A DNA stretch of 64,000 nucleotides from a virus: the IMG/VR virus record IMGVR_UViG_3300050821_013777, positions 32,001-96,000 of that record, one strand, 5' to 3'. Each line of letters opens with the position of its first letter. Within the stretch, counting starts at the first letter, position 1. This document shows positions 8,284 to 16,686 of the stretch, in pieces. The translations under genes were made by a program, and so were the position numbers. The notes below the pieces were generated by a model that saw only the letters and a program-made list of their open reading frames with translations, was not told the origin of the DNA and did not search any database.

Positions 8284-9393
8284 ATGTCCATGGCCGTACT
8301 ATCAGAGTTGATAAGATTCGATGCTACCGAGCGGTCTGCCTCGCGAGTCAACAAGCCAGAAGTTTCGGAAGCGCTGAAGGATCTTGCCGCCCTACTGAGA
8401 TTGGGTAAATTCAAGACCCAGCGCTGGCGCGACGAGCTGCCGTGGGACGAATCCTACGTCAAGGAGGCTGTCGCCATCGAGCGCGTCCTCCAGCCCCACC
8501 GCCGCGCCGGCTTGGTTGGGGCATCGGCCGCAGCTCCCGCGGGGCTTGAAGAAGCGGGGTTCATCTGGCGGCAGATCCTGCGGGGAAGCGATGTACAGCC
8601 CTTCGATCCGTGCGCCGATAGAGGTCCCTGTACTAAGAAGGACAGATATTACGTCGAGCATGTCACCATCTCGGTCGATCACCCCGACTCTATCCTCCGA
8701 GCGACCCGATCTCCTGTTACGCCGCTGGCCAACATTAGGAAACTCGCCGACGCATTCTGCTTCGTAGCCATGCCCCTGTGGGCGCTCGATCCGCAGATCT
8801 TTACCAACGAGATAAGGCGCTCAGTGGACGCCTTCTGGGACCTCGAAGATCTCAACTTGGACGTCTACGCCCTGGCGCCCCTATCCCTATACTCCTTGGC
8901 TGGGCATGTCGCCAGTGAAGCCGGTACCGAGATGTACGCCCCGCCACCGTTACAGCAAGTAGTGGTGGGCCTGCGGATGAATGTCCCCATGTTCCGCTCT
9001 ATGCAGATTGATGTGGCCGACCTGCGGAAGGACATGGAGCAACTCCGCGCTCGGGTCGACAAGTTGGAGGAGACCACCCGTAGTATGCAGCGGCAAATTG
9101 CATCAATACAGGAGAGCTTGGCTTCAGTACAAAATGAGGTGGCCGCCCAGCGCTTGGAGATCCTTAATCTGTCCTCCCTGCTCTCCCAGGCCCAAGCGGC
9201 GCCGACCTACTTCGGCCAAGACCCGCTGCTGTTCGCAGTACCCCGGGGTACCATGCTCGCGACGGCCAACGTCCAGGCCATCCTAGGCCCCTGCTGGGGT
9301 GCCGACATTGATGATGCAGTGGTCACGGCCGCGGGGTTCCGTCCCAATAAAGCTCTCCGCGCCAAGTACACCAAATCGCTGAGGTGGGCATGA
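8284..9393 (+). CDS. hypothetical protein with long coiled coil
   Basis: 369-aa ORF; heptad repeats at about residues 240-305; codon usage differs from flanks. Confidence 0.7.
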   Translation: MSMAVLSELIRFDATERSASRVNKPEVSEALKDLAALLRLGKFKTQRWRDELPWDESYVKEAVAIERVLQPHRRAGLVGASAAAPAGLEEAGFIWRQILRGSDVQPFDPCADRGPCTKKDRYYVEHVTISVDHPDSILRATRSPVTPLANIRKLADAFCFVAMPLWALDPQIFTNEIRRSVDAFWDLEDLNLDVYALAPLSLYSLAGHVASEAGTEMYAPPPLQQVVVGLRMNVPMFRSMQIDVADLRKDMEQLRARVDKLEETTRSMQRQIASIQESLASVQNEVAAQRLEILNLSSLLSQAQAAPTYFGQDPLLFAVPRGTMLATANVQAILGPCWGADIDDAVVTAAGFRPNKALRAKYTKSLRWA

Positions 9394-9572
9394 GTCCATA
9401 CGAAGCGCGGCTGCTTGTACGAGCGCTCGACGCTTTCATGGACGCTCGAACGGAAGCCACCCGAACAGCACTCACGAAAGTGTTGGAGGCTGTTCCTCTC
9501 GACCGAAACTATCGTGGAGGGATGCTGCACCTGGAAGCTCTCCATGAGCAGCATGAGAAGGAGCCGTACTGA
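9390..9572 (+). CDS. small hypothetical protein
   Basis: ATGA overlap with the upstream stop. Confidence 0.45.
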   Translation: MSPYEARLLVRALDAFMDARTEATRTALTKVLEAVPLDRNYRGGMLHLEALHEQHEKEPY

Positions 9573-9587
9573 ACTCCCTTCTAGCGA

Positions 9588-9794
9588 TCAGCGCGGCACG
9601 ACGCAGCGGCGGAAGAACTTCTCGCGAGCCTCGCCGAGCGCCCGGCGACCGCCGCCGGTCTTGCCGTGGGCCTCGTGGGCGCGCCCCAGAGCGTTCAGGG
9701 CCGCGGTGCAGTGGCCGAAGCCAGCATTCGAGATGACCTCGTTGGCGTGCGTCTCGACGAGCTGAGAGCGCTTGGAGCGACGGCGGCGGGTCAC
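9588..9794 (-). CDS. small basic protein, GxCxAA family
   Basis: MTRRRRSKR...GHCTAALNAL...RRCV; abuts the upstream gene. Confidence 0.6.
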   Translation of the reverse strand: MTRRRRSKRSQLVETHANEVISNAGFGHCTAALNALGRAHEAHGKTGGGRRALGEAREKFFRRCVVPR

Positions 9795-10067
9795 TTACTT
9801 CACACAGGAGCTTTTGAACACCGAAAACGCCTTGCTGGTCAGCTCTGTACGAAGCGAGATCTGCCTGCCGCCGGCTCGGCGTTCGCTCTGGGCGCGACCC
9901 ATGTACATCGCCATGTTGTGCAAGTAGGAGAGTGCCGCTGCGCACGAACGATCTTTGACAGCCGCGATGGCGTTGCCTGCAGCCGCCTCAGCTTCATGGG
10001 CTGCCGCATCGAAACGTTTTGTGTGCTCCTCCGCGCTCGACCCCAACCCCCGCCGCCGACGCTTCAC
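9795..10067 (-). CDS. small basic protein, GxCxAA family
   Basis: KRRRRGLG...RSCAAALSYL...SSCVK; GTGA overlap with the upstream stop. Confidence 0.6.
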   Translation of the reverse strand: MKRRRRGLGSSAEEHTKRFDAAAHEAEAAAGNAIAAVKDRSCAAALSYLHNMAMYMGRAQSERRAGGRQISLRTELTSKAFSVFKSSCVK

Positions 10068-10330
10068 TTGCCGCACGCCTCTTCAGCAAGCCCTGCCGCT
10101 TTGTGCAGCCGGCTGCCGCTGAACCACAGGGCGGCCGCGCCGAGCAGCGACAGCGCCGCAGGGCCCCACCCCTTGTGGAAGCCCCGGTAGATCCCGTAGC
10201 CGCCGAGCCCGAGGCTGCCAAGGCGGGTGACGCCGCCGGCAACCTTGAGTGCCGTCGCGTTCGGGCAGGAGGGCATCGGGCCGCCCAAGAGCTGGACGTC
10301 GGGAGAGCCGCTGATCGTGTAAATCTCCAC
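10064..10330 (-). CDS. small 2-TM protein
   Basis: Promoter TTGCAC-18-TACCAT-7-GTG; N-terminus EIYTISGS shared with the 47785..48345 protein. Confidence 0.6.
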   Translation of the reverse strand: MEIYTISGSPDVQLLGGPMPSCPNATALKVAGGVTRLGSLGLGGYGIYRGFHKGWGPAALSLLGAAALWFSGSRLHKAAGLAEEACGK

Positions 10331-10428
10331 GAATCAGATGGTACTAGGATAGTGGGTTGGCGTGCAACTCTTCGGCTTCGACGGCAGGCTGTCCCACCTC
10401 CACCACGCTCATGCCGGGCACCAAAATA

Positions 10429-10509
10429 TTAAGAGTGATCGACGCGCCCGACCCCACGGTACACCTTGCCGTCGATCGCGGTGATTTTGTCGCCCGGCGC
10501 CCGGAGCAT
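10429..10509 (-). pseudogene. truncated remnant of the DEG-W-RGW family
   Basis: MLRAPGDKITAIDGKVYRGVGRV matches family N-termini (AGDKITA, QGDIITA) but stops after 26 codons. Confidence 0.45.
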
Positions 10510-10510
10510 T

Positions 10511-10879
10511 TCAGTGGTTCAGGACTACGCGGGCTGCGAAAGTGTTCTGGCCAATCACGCCAGCAGGTCCCGTCGGCCCGGTTGGACCGATCGGGCACGG
10601 CTGCCCTGACTCCCAGAGCTTCTTGGCTGCGAGCAGCACCTGCACGTCCTCAGAATCTTCTGCGTGTGCGCCACGGACCCACGAAATGCCCTCATCGTGA
10701 TCGTAGGCAGGTACGATCGGCGTCGCGGCGCGGACCTGCGGCTCGTCTGGCATCCAGTAGAACCCGATCGCTTCTTTGTAGTCGGGAGGCGCTGCTAGTA
10801 GTCCCTCGGTGACAACGCTGCCGATCACTATCTGCCCGCTGACGAGCCCAGTGATCTTGCTGTCGCGCGCCGGTCTCAC
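10511..10879 (-). CDS. DEG-W-RGW family paralog
   Basis: HDEGISWVRGAH...QVLLAAKKL; short GPT collagen-like tail. Confidence 0.75.
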   Translation of the reverse strand: MRPARDSKITGLVSGQIVIGSVVTEGLLAAPPDYKEAIGFYWMPDEPQVRAATPIVPAYDHDEGISWVRGAHAEDSEDVQVLLAAKKLWESGQPCPIGPTGPTGPAGVIGQNTFAARVVLNH

Positions 10880-11163
10880 TCGGCGACCTGAGCCACTTGC
10901 ACCACAGCGTTGCCGCCTTCGAGCCTGTAGTCGAACGAGACGACCACCTTGTCGTCCTCGCTGGCCACGTCGCAGTTGCTGTCCTTCATGGCCTTGAGCG
11001 CGCGGTCGCGGAGCCTGCCGATAACCGCGAATGCCTTTTCTGTGTCGGCGCGATCGGCCTCGGCGATCGGGATGGCCACGTCGTCGGCGATCAGGTGCAC
11101 GTCGTCGTGCACGCGGGTGATGGTTGCGTCGGAGGCTCGCTTCGTGGCAGGCCGGAACACCAT
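10876..11163 (-). CDS. hypothetical protein
   Basis: Coupled ORF within the minus-strand operon. Confidence 0.6.
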   Translation of the reverse strand: MVFRPATKRASDATITRVHDDVHLIADDVAIPIAEADRADTEKAFAVIGRLRDRALKAMKDSNCDVASEDDKVVVSFDYRLEGGNAVVQVAQVAE

Positions 11164-11172
11164 GTTCGGGGA

Positions 11173-11436
11173 TTATGCCAGGCTCCTGGCTGAGGCGTCA
11201 AGACGGTAGGCGGCGAGGAGAGCATCGGGGTTGTCCCAGCCCTTGGCCCAGACCGTGCCCTGCGCGGCGTAAGACAAGACCCACCAGTCGGTGCCGCCGA
11301 CCACGACAATAGGCGATCCATCTGACGTGTGCCCCTCGACGATCCCTTTGAGGACGCGCCAAGAATTCCAGTCGTGCCCACCGAATACCAACAGCACGCG
11401 CTCCCCTGCCTCCACCGATGCCGGATGCAGCGCCAC
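11173..11436 (-). CDS. DEG-W-RGW family paralog
   Basis: AAQGTVWAKGW...DALLAAYRL. Confidence 0.7.
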   Translation of the reverse strand: MALHPASVEAGERVLLVFGGHDWNSWRVLKGIVEGHTSDGSPIVVVGGTDWWVLSYAAQGTVWAKGWDNPDALLAAYRLDASARSLA

Positions 11437-11712
11437 CTACGCCGACCACTCCAGCATGAACGCCGCGAGTAACGACTCCCGTCCCGCGGCGCTCGTGTCT
11501 CGGCTCCAAGTCACGCCCTCATCGCGCACGCGCAGCGCCGCAGCTGCAGGATCGTGCTGGCCTGCTCGACAGTTGAACCAGTCGCCGTCGACGTCGTCTG
11601 GGCGACTGAAGCAGGCCACTATGTCTGCTTCTAGGATTCGGGGATCGCGATCAAAAAATCGGCTTCCTTCATTCACGATCACGATTCTGGTGCCTGGATG
11701 CAGGTCCATCAA
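11437..11712 (-). CDS. DEG-W-RGW family paralog
   Basis: RDEGVTWSRD...ESLLAAFML. Confidence 0.75.
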   Translation of the reverse strand: MMDLHPGTRIVIVNEGSRFFDRDPRILEADIVACFSRPDDVDGDWFNCRAGQHDPAAAALRVRDEGVTWSRDTSAAGRESLLAAFMLEWSA

Positions 11713-12098
11713 CGACGCCGAAAGCTCGAAGCGTTCTTCGCAGGGACGGGCCGAAATCGCGGTGGCGCTGATGGACGTCGCAGCTGGTTGCGCACGGTCA
11801 TGTCGTGCCAGTCCGCGACGGCGTCGCTCAATCCCTTCATCGCGTCGGTAAGCGGATCTCGATCCTCTCGCGCGAGCATGTTCGCCGCCTTCAACGACTC
11901 GACTTCGCTACTCTCCTCGCGGTGATCGCCCCGAATCCAGGTGATACCCTCATCAGCCACAAGTAGCGTCCCTGATTTGTGCACGTCGTAGAAATGGTGC
12001 CAGTCGAAGCGTCCAGACCGCTGCAGCTGAGTCGTCGGGGCAGCTGCGCGCACAACCTTACCGTTGTTGCACACTATGATGATCGTGAAGCCGATCAT
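11709..12098 (-). CDS. DEG-W-RGW family paralog
   Basis: ADEGITWIRGDH...ESLKAANML; ATGA overlap at 12095-12098. Confidence 0.75.
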   Translation of the reverse strand: MIGFTIIIVCNNGKVVRAAAPTTQLQRSGRFDWHHFYDVHKSGTLLVADEGITWIRGDHREESSEVESLKAANMLAREDRDPLTDAMKGLSDAVADWHDMTVRNQLRRPSAPPRFRPVPAKNASSFRRR

Positions 12099-12397
12099 CG
12101 ATCGCGCTCTCCTGCAGAGAACTCGGCGTCCCACTGGTCGAGGTTCGCGACCCATGCTTCGCGTGACATCTGCCCACGCATGTACAGACCATGTGCTTCT
12201 TCCAGACCTATCGCCTTTGGCCCGCGCAGCTTCCACGCAGCGAGCATCGCTTGCGCGTCCTGCGAATCGTCACCGTGCCAGCCATTGATCCAGTCGATGC
12301 CCTCTGCTCCCTCATCACGCGCGGCGCCATGCCTAATGCCACGGAGAATCACCCCGTTCTTGATGCGCGTGACGAGACGCTGTGCGGAGTCACTCAT
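12095..12397 (-). CDS. DEG-W-RGW family paralog
   Basis: AEGIDWINGWH...QAMLAAWKL. Confidence 0.75.
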   Translation of the reverse strand: MSDSAQRLVTRIKNGVILRGIRHGAARDEGAEGIDWINGWHGDDSQDAQAMLAAWKLRGPKAIGLEEAHGLYMRGQMSREAWVANLDQWDAEFSAGERDR

Positions 12398-12639
12398 TGT
12401 GCTGCCTGGGGCGGCTCCTCTTCGTCGGTGTCGATCTCGCCGGCCTGCATCTTTGCCTCGGCTCGATCAAATCCGGTCATGAGCTGTTCGACGCACGATC
12501 GGCATAGTCCAGCGAACGCAGGTATACCGTTGACGATGACCTCCCTGAGTTCGAGGCGCGCGAGCAGCTCCGCCGGCTGATCGCACATGGAGCAGATGCA
12601 ATCGAACTCGTCACTCGGGAGGAGAAAACGCAACTTCAT
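12394..12639 (-). CDS. small CxxC...CxxC zinc-finger protein
   Basis: CSMC and CRSC pairs. Confidence 0.6.
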   Translation of the reverse strand: MKLRFLLPSDEFDCICSMCDQPAELLARLELREVIVNGIPAFAGLCRSCVEQLMTGFDRAEAKMQAGEIDTDEEEPPQAAQ

Positions 12640-12650
12640 GTCGCTCGACC

Positions 12651-12890
12651 TCACGGTTCGCTGTTGGTGAGCTTCTGTACAGCGTCGACTACGACGAAGT
12701 CGGACTCGGTACGCTCGCCGCGCACCCACGTCGCACCCTCGTCGGCGAGCTGGAAGTAGTGGTTGAAGAGTGCACCGCCCGGAAGGCGCAACTGCACGAA
12801 CATCCGTGTGCCGTCGACGGTGTGCACCTTGCCGATGCCGAGCACGCCGCCGCGTGACCGCGCTGTGATTATGTCACCCTGTTTGATCAT
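12651..12890 (-). CDS. DEG-W-RGW family paralog
   Basis: MIKQGDIITA...ADEGATWVRGE...DAVQKL. Confidence 0.75.
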   Translation of the reverse strand: MIKQGDIITARSRGGVLGIGKVHTVDGTRMFVQLRLPGGALFNHYFQLADEGATWVRGERTESDFVVVDAVQKLTNSEP

Positions 12891-13144
12891 GCTGCGCTCC
12901 TTGCCAGTTTTGCCGCTGCGAGCAACGCTCGCGCTTTGTCATCCCACGCCTGCAGCCACCCGCGTACTCACGTCGCACCCTCGTTGGCATCATCCTCGAA
13001 GCCGCTGCGCAAATCAGCGTCGGTCCACATGAACGAACCAACAAACTGATGCCCACATACCTCGCCGTGGTACAGCCGGCCTGTGTGCTCGCCAACGACG
13101 GTCACCTTCGTGCCGTTCGCAGGGCTGTTCACGCGCTTGCCCAT
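12887..13144 (-). pseudogene. DEG-W-RGW family paralog with in-frame TGA at the conserved Trp
   Basis: ANEGAT*VRGWLQAWDDKARALLAAAKLARSAA; TGA at 12968-12970; frame continues to an ATGA overlap with the next gene. Confidence 0.75.
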
Positions 13145-13512
13145 CAGCGCACCAGCCCCTGTGGGATGAGCTTGTCGTCCCAATAGATGTCGTCGTCTAA
13201 CCAGTGGTAGGAATCGTCGTACCAATCTTCATCGTGCAGGAATAACATCGACGACTCCCTGTTTCCTGCGAGCGCAAAGGCGGCCAACATCGTCGTCACG
13301 TCTTCGCTGTCGATGTCTGGCCAACCGCGAATCCAATAGATGCCCTCGTCACGTCCGTCACAGTCGAGCACGAACGAGCTGATCCCCGCGGTTATCTCAG
13401 CGCCTACGTAGAGTACGGCCTGTTGTTGGCAGAAGCGCGCTCGCATCACGAAGGTCGAGCCGTCTGACAGATACACAGCAGCGGTAATCTTGTCGCCAGC
13501 GTGGAGGCTCAT
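13144..13512 (-). CDS. DEG-W-RGW family paralog with acidic tail
   Basis: MSLHAGDKITA...RDEGIYWIRGWP...TTMLAAFAL. Confidence 0.75.
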   Translation of the reverse strand: MSLHAGDKITAAVYLSDGSTFVMRARFCQQQAVLYVGAEITAGISSFVLDCDGRDEGIYWIRGWPDIDSEDVTTMLAAFALAGNRESSMLFLHDEDWYDDSYHWLDDDIYWDDKLIPQGLVR

Positions 13513-13808
13513 TCTGCACTCCGTCGAAGCCGCCAGCTCGCGAGCAACGCGTCGACTTCAGGTGTGCCGCGCTCGTGCCAACCACGAATCCACGTCGCGC
13601 CCTCGTCGGCGAGCAGCGCTGTTTCAGCGTAGCCCCACGAGGTGCCCCAGCGGAACCTTCCACGGTTGTCGATGTCGACGGCGCCGCTGACGTCGACACG
13701 ATGTACGAAGCCGCCATTACTGACCGCTGTGATGTACGGCCAGCCTGTATACTTGTCGAACAGCAGATGAGGCAGCGATGGCTGCACTTCCTGATCGCGC
13801 GTGCTCAT
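13509..13808 (-). CDS. DEG-W-RGW family paralog
   Basis: ADEGATWIRGWH...DALLASWRL. Confidence 0.75.
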   Translation of the reverse strand: MSTRDQEVQPSLPHLLFDKYTGWPYITAVSNGGFVHRVDVSGAVDIDNRGRFRWGTSWGYAETALLADEGATWIRGWHERGTPEVDALLASWRLRRSAE

Positions 13809-14203
13809 CGTCGGCGTTCCGCTGCGCGCTTCAGGACCTCGGCCCATGGACGCAGCTCAAAGTCGTGTTCTCCTTCGTGCCCTTCAGGCAGTGGGCACGA
13901 AACGTAGTCGTAAGCTGGCCCGCGCGCGTTGCAGTCGCCGTCGATCTGCCGATACTCGTTCACGGCTACAAGCACGTGACCTGTGTGGGATTTGTAGAAG
14001 TTTGGATCGACGTGGCCGATCTCGCCCGGTACCGAGATGGAGATCTCAGTCCAGCTCTTTGTCATCGACGCGGCGACATCAGCGATCGTAGCGAGCCCGT
14101 CGCGGAACTTGATTAGGTCGCGGCATGTGCCGTCGCCGCGATTGAGGTGCAGCCCAGACTCGGCATCGCAGTCGAGGCAACGCACGTCCCAGTAGGTGCT
14201 CAC
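13805..14203 (-). CDS. Cys/His-rich hypothetical protein
   Basis: CLDC, HTGH and CPLPEGHEGEH motifs. Confidence 0.65.
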   Translation of the reverse strand: MSTYWDVRCLDCDAESGLHLNRGDGTCRDLIKFRDGLATIADVAASMTKSWTEISISVPGEIGHVDPNFYKSHTGHVLVAVNEYRQIDGDCNARGPAYDYVSCPLPEGHEGEHDFELRPWAEVLKRAAERRR

Positions 14204-14475
14204 GCTGCGCTCCTGGCGAGCAGTCCAGCAGCACGGAGCGCAAGAGCTTCAGGTTCGGTTGGTCTGTACCATCCTCGAATCCAGGTCACGCCTTCGTCGG
14301 CAAAGTAGCGCGAGCAAGCCCAGCCGCCTTCGCCCACTCCGCCGTTTTGGGCGCTTTCAATCGCCGCGTCGAATCCCTCGCGGAGAAGATCCCGACCACT
14401 GACGCGCGCCAGATATATACAGCTGTCTTCCGCGTCGAAGAGCGTAATCCCTATGCCTAGTACCAGCGCGCTCAC
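14200..14475 (-). CDS. DEG-W-RGW family paralog
   Basis: ADEGVTWIRGWY...LALRAAGLL. Confidence 0.75.
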   Translation of the reverse strand: MSALVLGIGITLFDAEDSCIYLARVSGRDLLREGFDAAIESAQNGGVGEGGWACSRYFADEGVTWIRGWYRPTEPEALALRAAGLLARSAA

Positions 14476-14813
14476 GGCTCGAAGCTCCCAACGAGGGCCC
14501 GTGTCGCAACGAGCGCCTCGGTGTCATCGACCCAGCCTGGCACCCACGACACGTCTTTGTCGGCGTAGCGGTGCTCAGTCACAAGCCGGGTGATCGTGTG
14601 CTCGGCCTTGAACGACACAGAGCCGAGCGCCACGATGTGCGCGTGCCCGGCGCGGTAGGTCCCGCGAAGAGCGTCATCCGCGAGGAGTGCTGTGACCCGC
14701 GAGACGACGATAGTGACCTGCTGGCCGAGGAAGAAGCCCGGCGGCGGGTTGACGATCTGGGTGCGGGCTTGGGTGGTGGGGCGCCCGAGCCGGCCTGCTG
14801 GTCTGGTTATCAC
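14472..14813 (-). CDS. divergent DEG-W-RGW family paralog
   Basis: ADKDVSWVPGW...EALVATRAL; GTGA overlap at 14810-14813. Confidence 0.6.
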   Translation of the reverse strand: MITRPAGRLGRPTTQARTQIVNPPPGFFLGQQVTIVVSRVTALLADDALRGTYRAGHAHIVALGSVSFKAEHTITRLVTEHRYADKDVSWVPGWVDDTEALVATRALVGSFEP

Positions 14814-15064
14814 CCTGCTGCCCTTTCGTTGACCGCTGGGCACGTGATGCATCGAACACGGGTAGGTGCGAAGGTGGGCTTGCGCGAGATGATCGCGCGC
14901 ATCGGGTTTTTGGCGAGCGGGATGGAGACGGCTTTGTAGCACCCGCATTCCAGCGTCAATATCCAGCACTGACCGCCGCCGCGAGTGTCGCGCGTCTCGA
15001 TGTGCACGACGTCGCGCCAAGGACGCCAGTTGCCGTTTTCGTCCTTGCCCAGGCCCATCCTCAC
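14810..15064 (-). CDS. LECG...RCxxC zinc-ribbon protein (paralog of 17285..17527)
   Basis: LTLECGC...RVRCITC. Confidence 0.6.
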   Translation of the reverse strand: MRMGLGKDENGNWRPWRDVVHIETRDTRGGGQCWILTLECGCYKAVSIPLAKNPMRAIISRKPTFAPTRVRCITCPAVNERAAG

Positions 15065-15513
15065 GTCTCGTTGAACGAGCCGGACAGCTCCTGTCGCGCG
15101 CCAGCGAACGCGGCGAAGCGCTGCTCGATCTCCATCGACTCGGCGAAGTCGTAGCCGAGCCCGAGGCGTAGCAGGTGGCGCACGGTGCCCAGGAAGCCGC
15201 TGATGCCCTGCTTGGCCTGGTACTTCTCGATGGCCGTCTTGAGGCGCGCTTCCATTCTGCAGCCACGGGTCGGCTCGTCGAGCGCCTCTGTGTCGAGCGC
15301 GTTGCCTGGCGACCAGCCGAGCTGCGTGCGCAAGAGAAAGCGCGCAGCGGCTGCCAGATCACATGATGGAGGTGTGCTTTCGTCGGTGCAGAAGTGCTGG
15401 CGGGCGTACTTGGTCAGCGCCTGGCCGGCTTTAGGCTCCAGACGGAAGCCGGGGATGACGTTGCCACCTTTGATGTGCTCGTCACGGCGACTGTGGGCTC
15501 CGCGGAGGGTCAT
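15061..15513 (-). CDS. hypothetical, possibly tandem ribbon-helix-helix DNA-binding protein
   Basis: Internal duplication (RLEPKAGQALTKYA...ARFLLRTQLGW / RMEARLKTAIEKYQ...VRHLLRLGLGY). Confidence 0.5.
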   Translation of the reverse strand: MTLRGAHSRRDEHIKGGNVIPGFRLEPKAGQALTKYARQHFCTDESTPPSCDLAAAARFLLRTQLGWSPGNALDTEALDEPTRGCRMEARLKTAIEKYQAKQGISGFLGTVRHLLRLGLGYDFAESMEIEQRFAAFAGARQELSGSFNET

Positions 15514-16124
15514 GGGGCTGCGACCAGCGGGTTCACAGTGAAGTAGTCTTCGCGCCCATGGACGCCGGCCCCGATGATGCGCAGGAACGACCGGCGCGTG
15601 TCGCGCTTCAGCGGGAGGCTTTCGTGAGGGGTGAGGATTCCGATCTCGCACAGCTCGCCGGCCTTGAGCACTTCGGCATCGCGGTACGGGTAGTCGTCCG
15701 CCACGTGGCCGATGTCGCCGTCCTCCGACGTGTCTTCGTGCTCTGCGTTCCAGACCGCGCAGCTGTCGTCGATGTTGCTGGCGATCAGAATGCGCACGTC
15801 GCGGTCCAGTGTGACAGCTCGTCGGCCACCCCATGTCGGCGGACCACCACCCCACCCATAGACGCCGCGAATGATGCCGGCCTCGGTGTGCAGCGCCCGC
15901 CTGTGCTTCGCTCGCGCGCCTCGGTGAGGCGTCCCCGCCTGTGCCAGCGACTCGTCGATGGTCAGGAAGCCAACGTCGCCCTTCTGGATGAACACCGACG
16001 CGACGATGTCTCGATACGCCGCGTAGGCGTTGGGTACAGAGTCTGGCTCGCCCTGGACGTACGGCATCATGAGGCACCGAGTGCCGGTGTACTTCGGAAA
16101 CTCGACTGCGCTCGCGGTCTTCAT
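15510..16124 (-). CDS. putative Fe/2OG-dioxygenase-like (double-stranded beta-helix) protein
   Basis: LHTE...TPHESLP...RRSFLRI resembles the HxD/E...H...R pattern; function inferred. Confidence 0.45.
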   Translation of the reverse strand: MKTASAVEFPKYTGTRCLMMPYVQGEPDSVPNAYAAYRDIVASVFIQKGDVGFLTIDESLAQAGTPHRGARAKHRRALHTEAGIIRGVYGWGGGPPTWGGRRAVTLDRDVRILIASNIDDSCAVWNAEHEDTSEDGDIGHVADDYPYRDAEVLKAGELCEIGILTPHESLPLKRDTRRSFLRIIGAGVHGREDYFTVNPLVAAP

Positions 16125-16570
16125 CGCTTGCACACCAGCTTCGTGAGGTCGACGATCTCGCGGGTGCTACTGTCGCCGTCGACTGTGACGATGCCGTCGT
16201 GCCCACGCGCTGCGACTTTGCAAGAGAGTGCTTTGCCCCGGCCGCCGAGCGCGCGGTGCAGCTGCGCCTTCCAGCTGTTGTCGTCGTAGCGGATCTCGCC
16301 CGACGTGTTGAAGGAGAGCACCAGCGGGTTCTTGAAGTGGACCTCGCCCGCCTCCCAGCCCCGCGGCAGCTCGCCTGACCGCTCGGGGCTGTGCAGCATG
16401 TAGCGGCCTGCCGGCTCGATGTCCTGCTGGTACGTCGGGCCGAGCTTCGGCGACGGCGTCGTGCTGCGAACGAAGCGAACGGTGGCTGGGCGGCCGGTCT
16501 CGAACCGCACCCCGTATTCGGTCGCGGCGGCGGTGGGCAGCGAGGCTCTCGGGACGCGGGCTTTGGCCAT
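16121..16570 (-). CDS. putative ADP-ribosyltransferase-like (ART-PolyVal-like) domain protein
   Basis: VHFKNPLVL...RGHDGIVTV...EIV pattern; leaderless TAGAAT 7 nt before ATG. Confidence 0.45.
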   Translation of the reverse strand: MAKARVPRASLPTAAATEYGVRFETGRPATVRFVRSTTPSPKLGPTYQQDIEPAGRYMLHSPERSGELPRGWEAGEVHFKNPLVLSFNTSGEIRYDDNSWKAQLHRALGGRGKALSCKVAARGHDGIVTVDGDSSTREIVDLTKLVCKR

Positions 16571-16686
16571 GCCCCGAATTCTAGCCCCGATCCGCCCGCG
16601 GCCGCCATCCTGAACAGGCGTTTAGTAACCCATAGGTTACTTTTTATCTTGTCAACCCTATAAGGTTGCAGTACGGTGACCCCAAG
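16571..16686. promoter_or_regulatory. AT-rich divergent promoter region with two palindromic operator-like sites
   Basis: AGTAACC-CATA-GGTTACT 16624-16641; CAACC-CTATAA-GGTTG 16653-16668; rightward TTGTCA-17-TACGGT; gene orientation switches here. Confidence 0.65.

Noticed and set aside
12968-12970. Genome-wide TGA=Trp recoding
   Set aside because: Most genes end in TGA with ATGA/TGATG coupling, and Trp is encoded by TGG elsewhere.
10511-14813. DEG motif considered as a CRISPR repeat, attC site or DGR variable repeat
   Set aside because: Variation is synonymous, the motif is inside ORFs, spacing is irregular, and no palindromic repeat, cas gene or reverse transcriptase is present.
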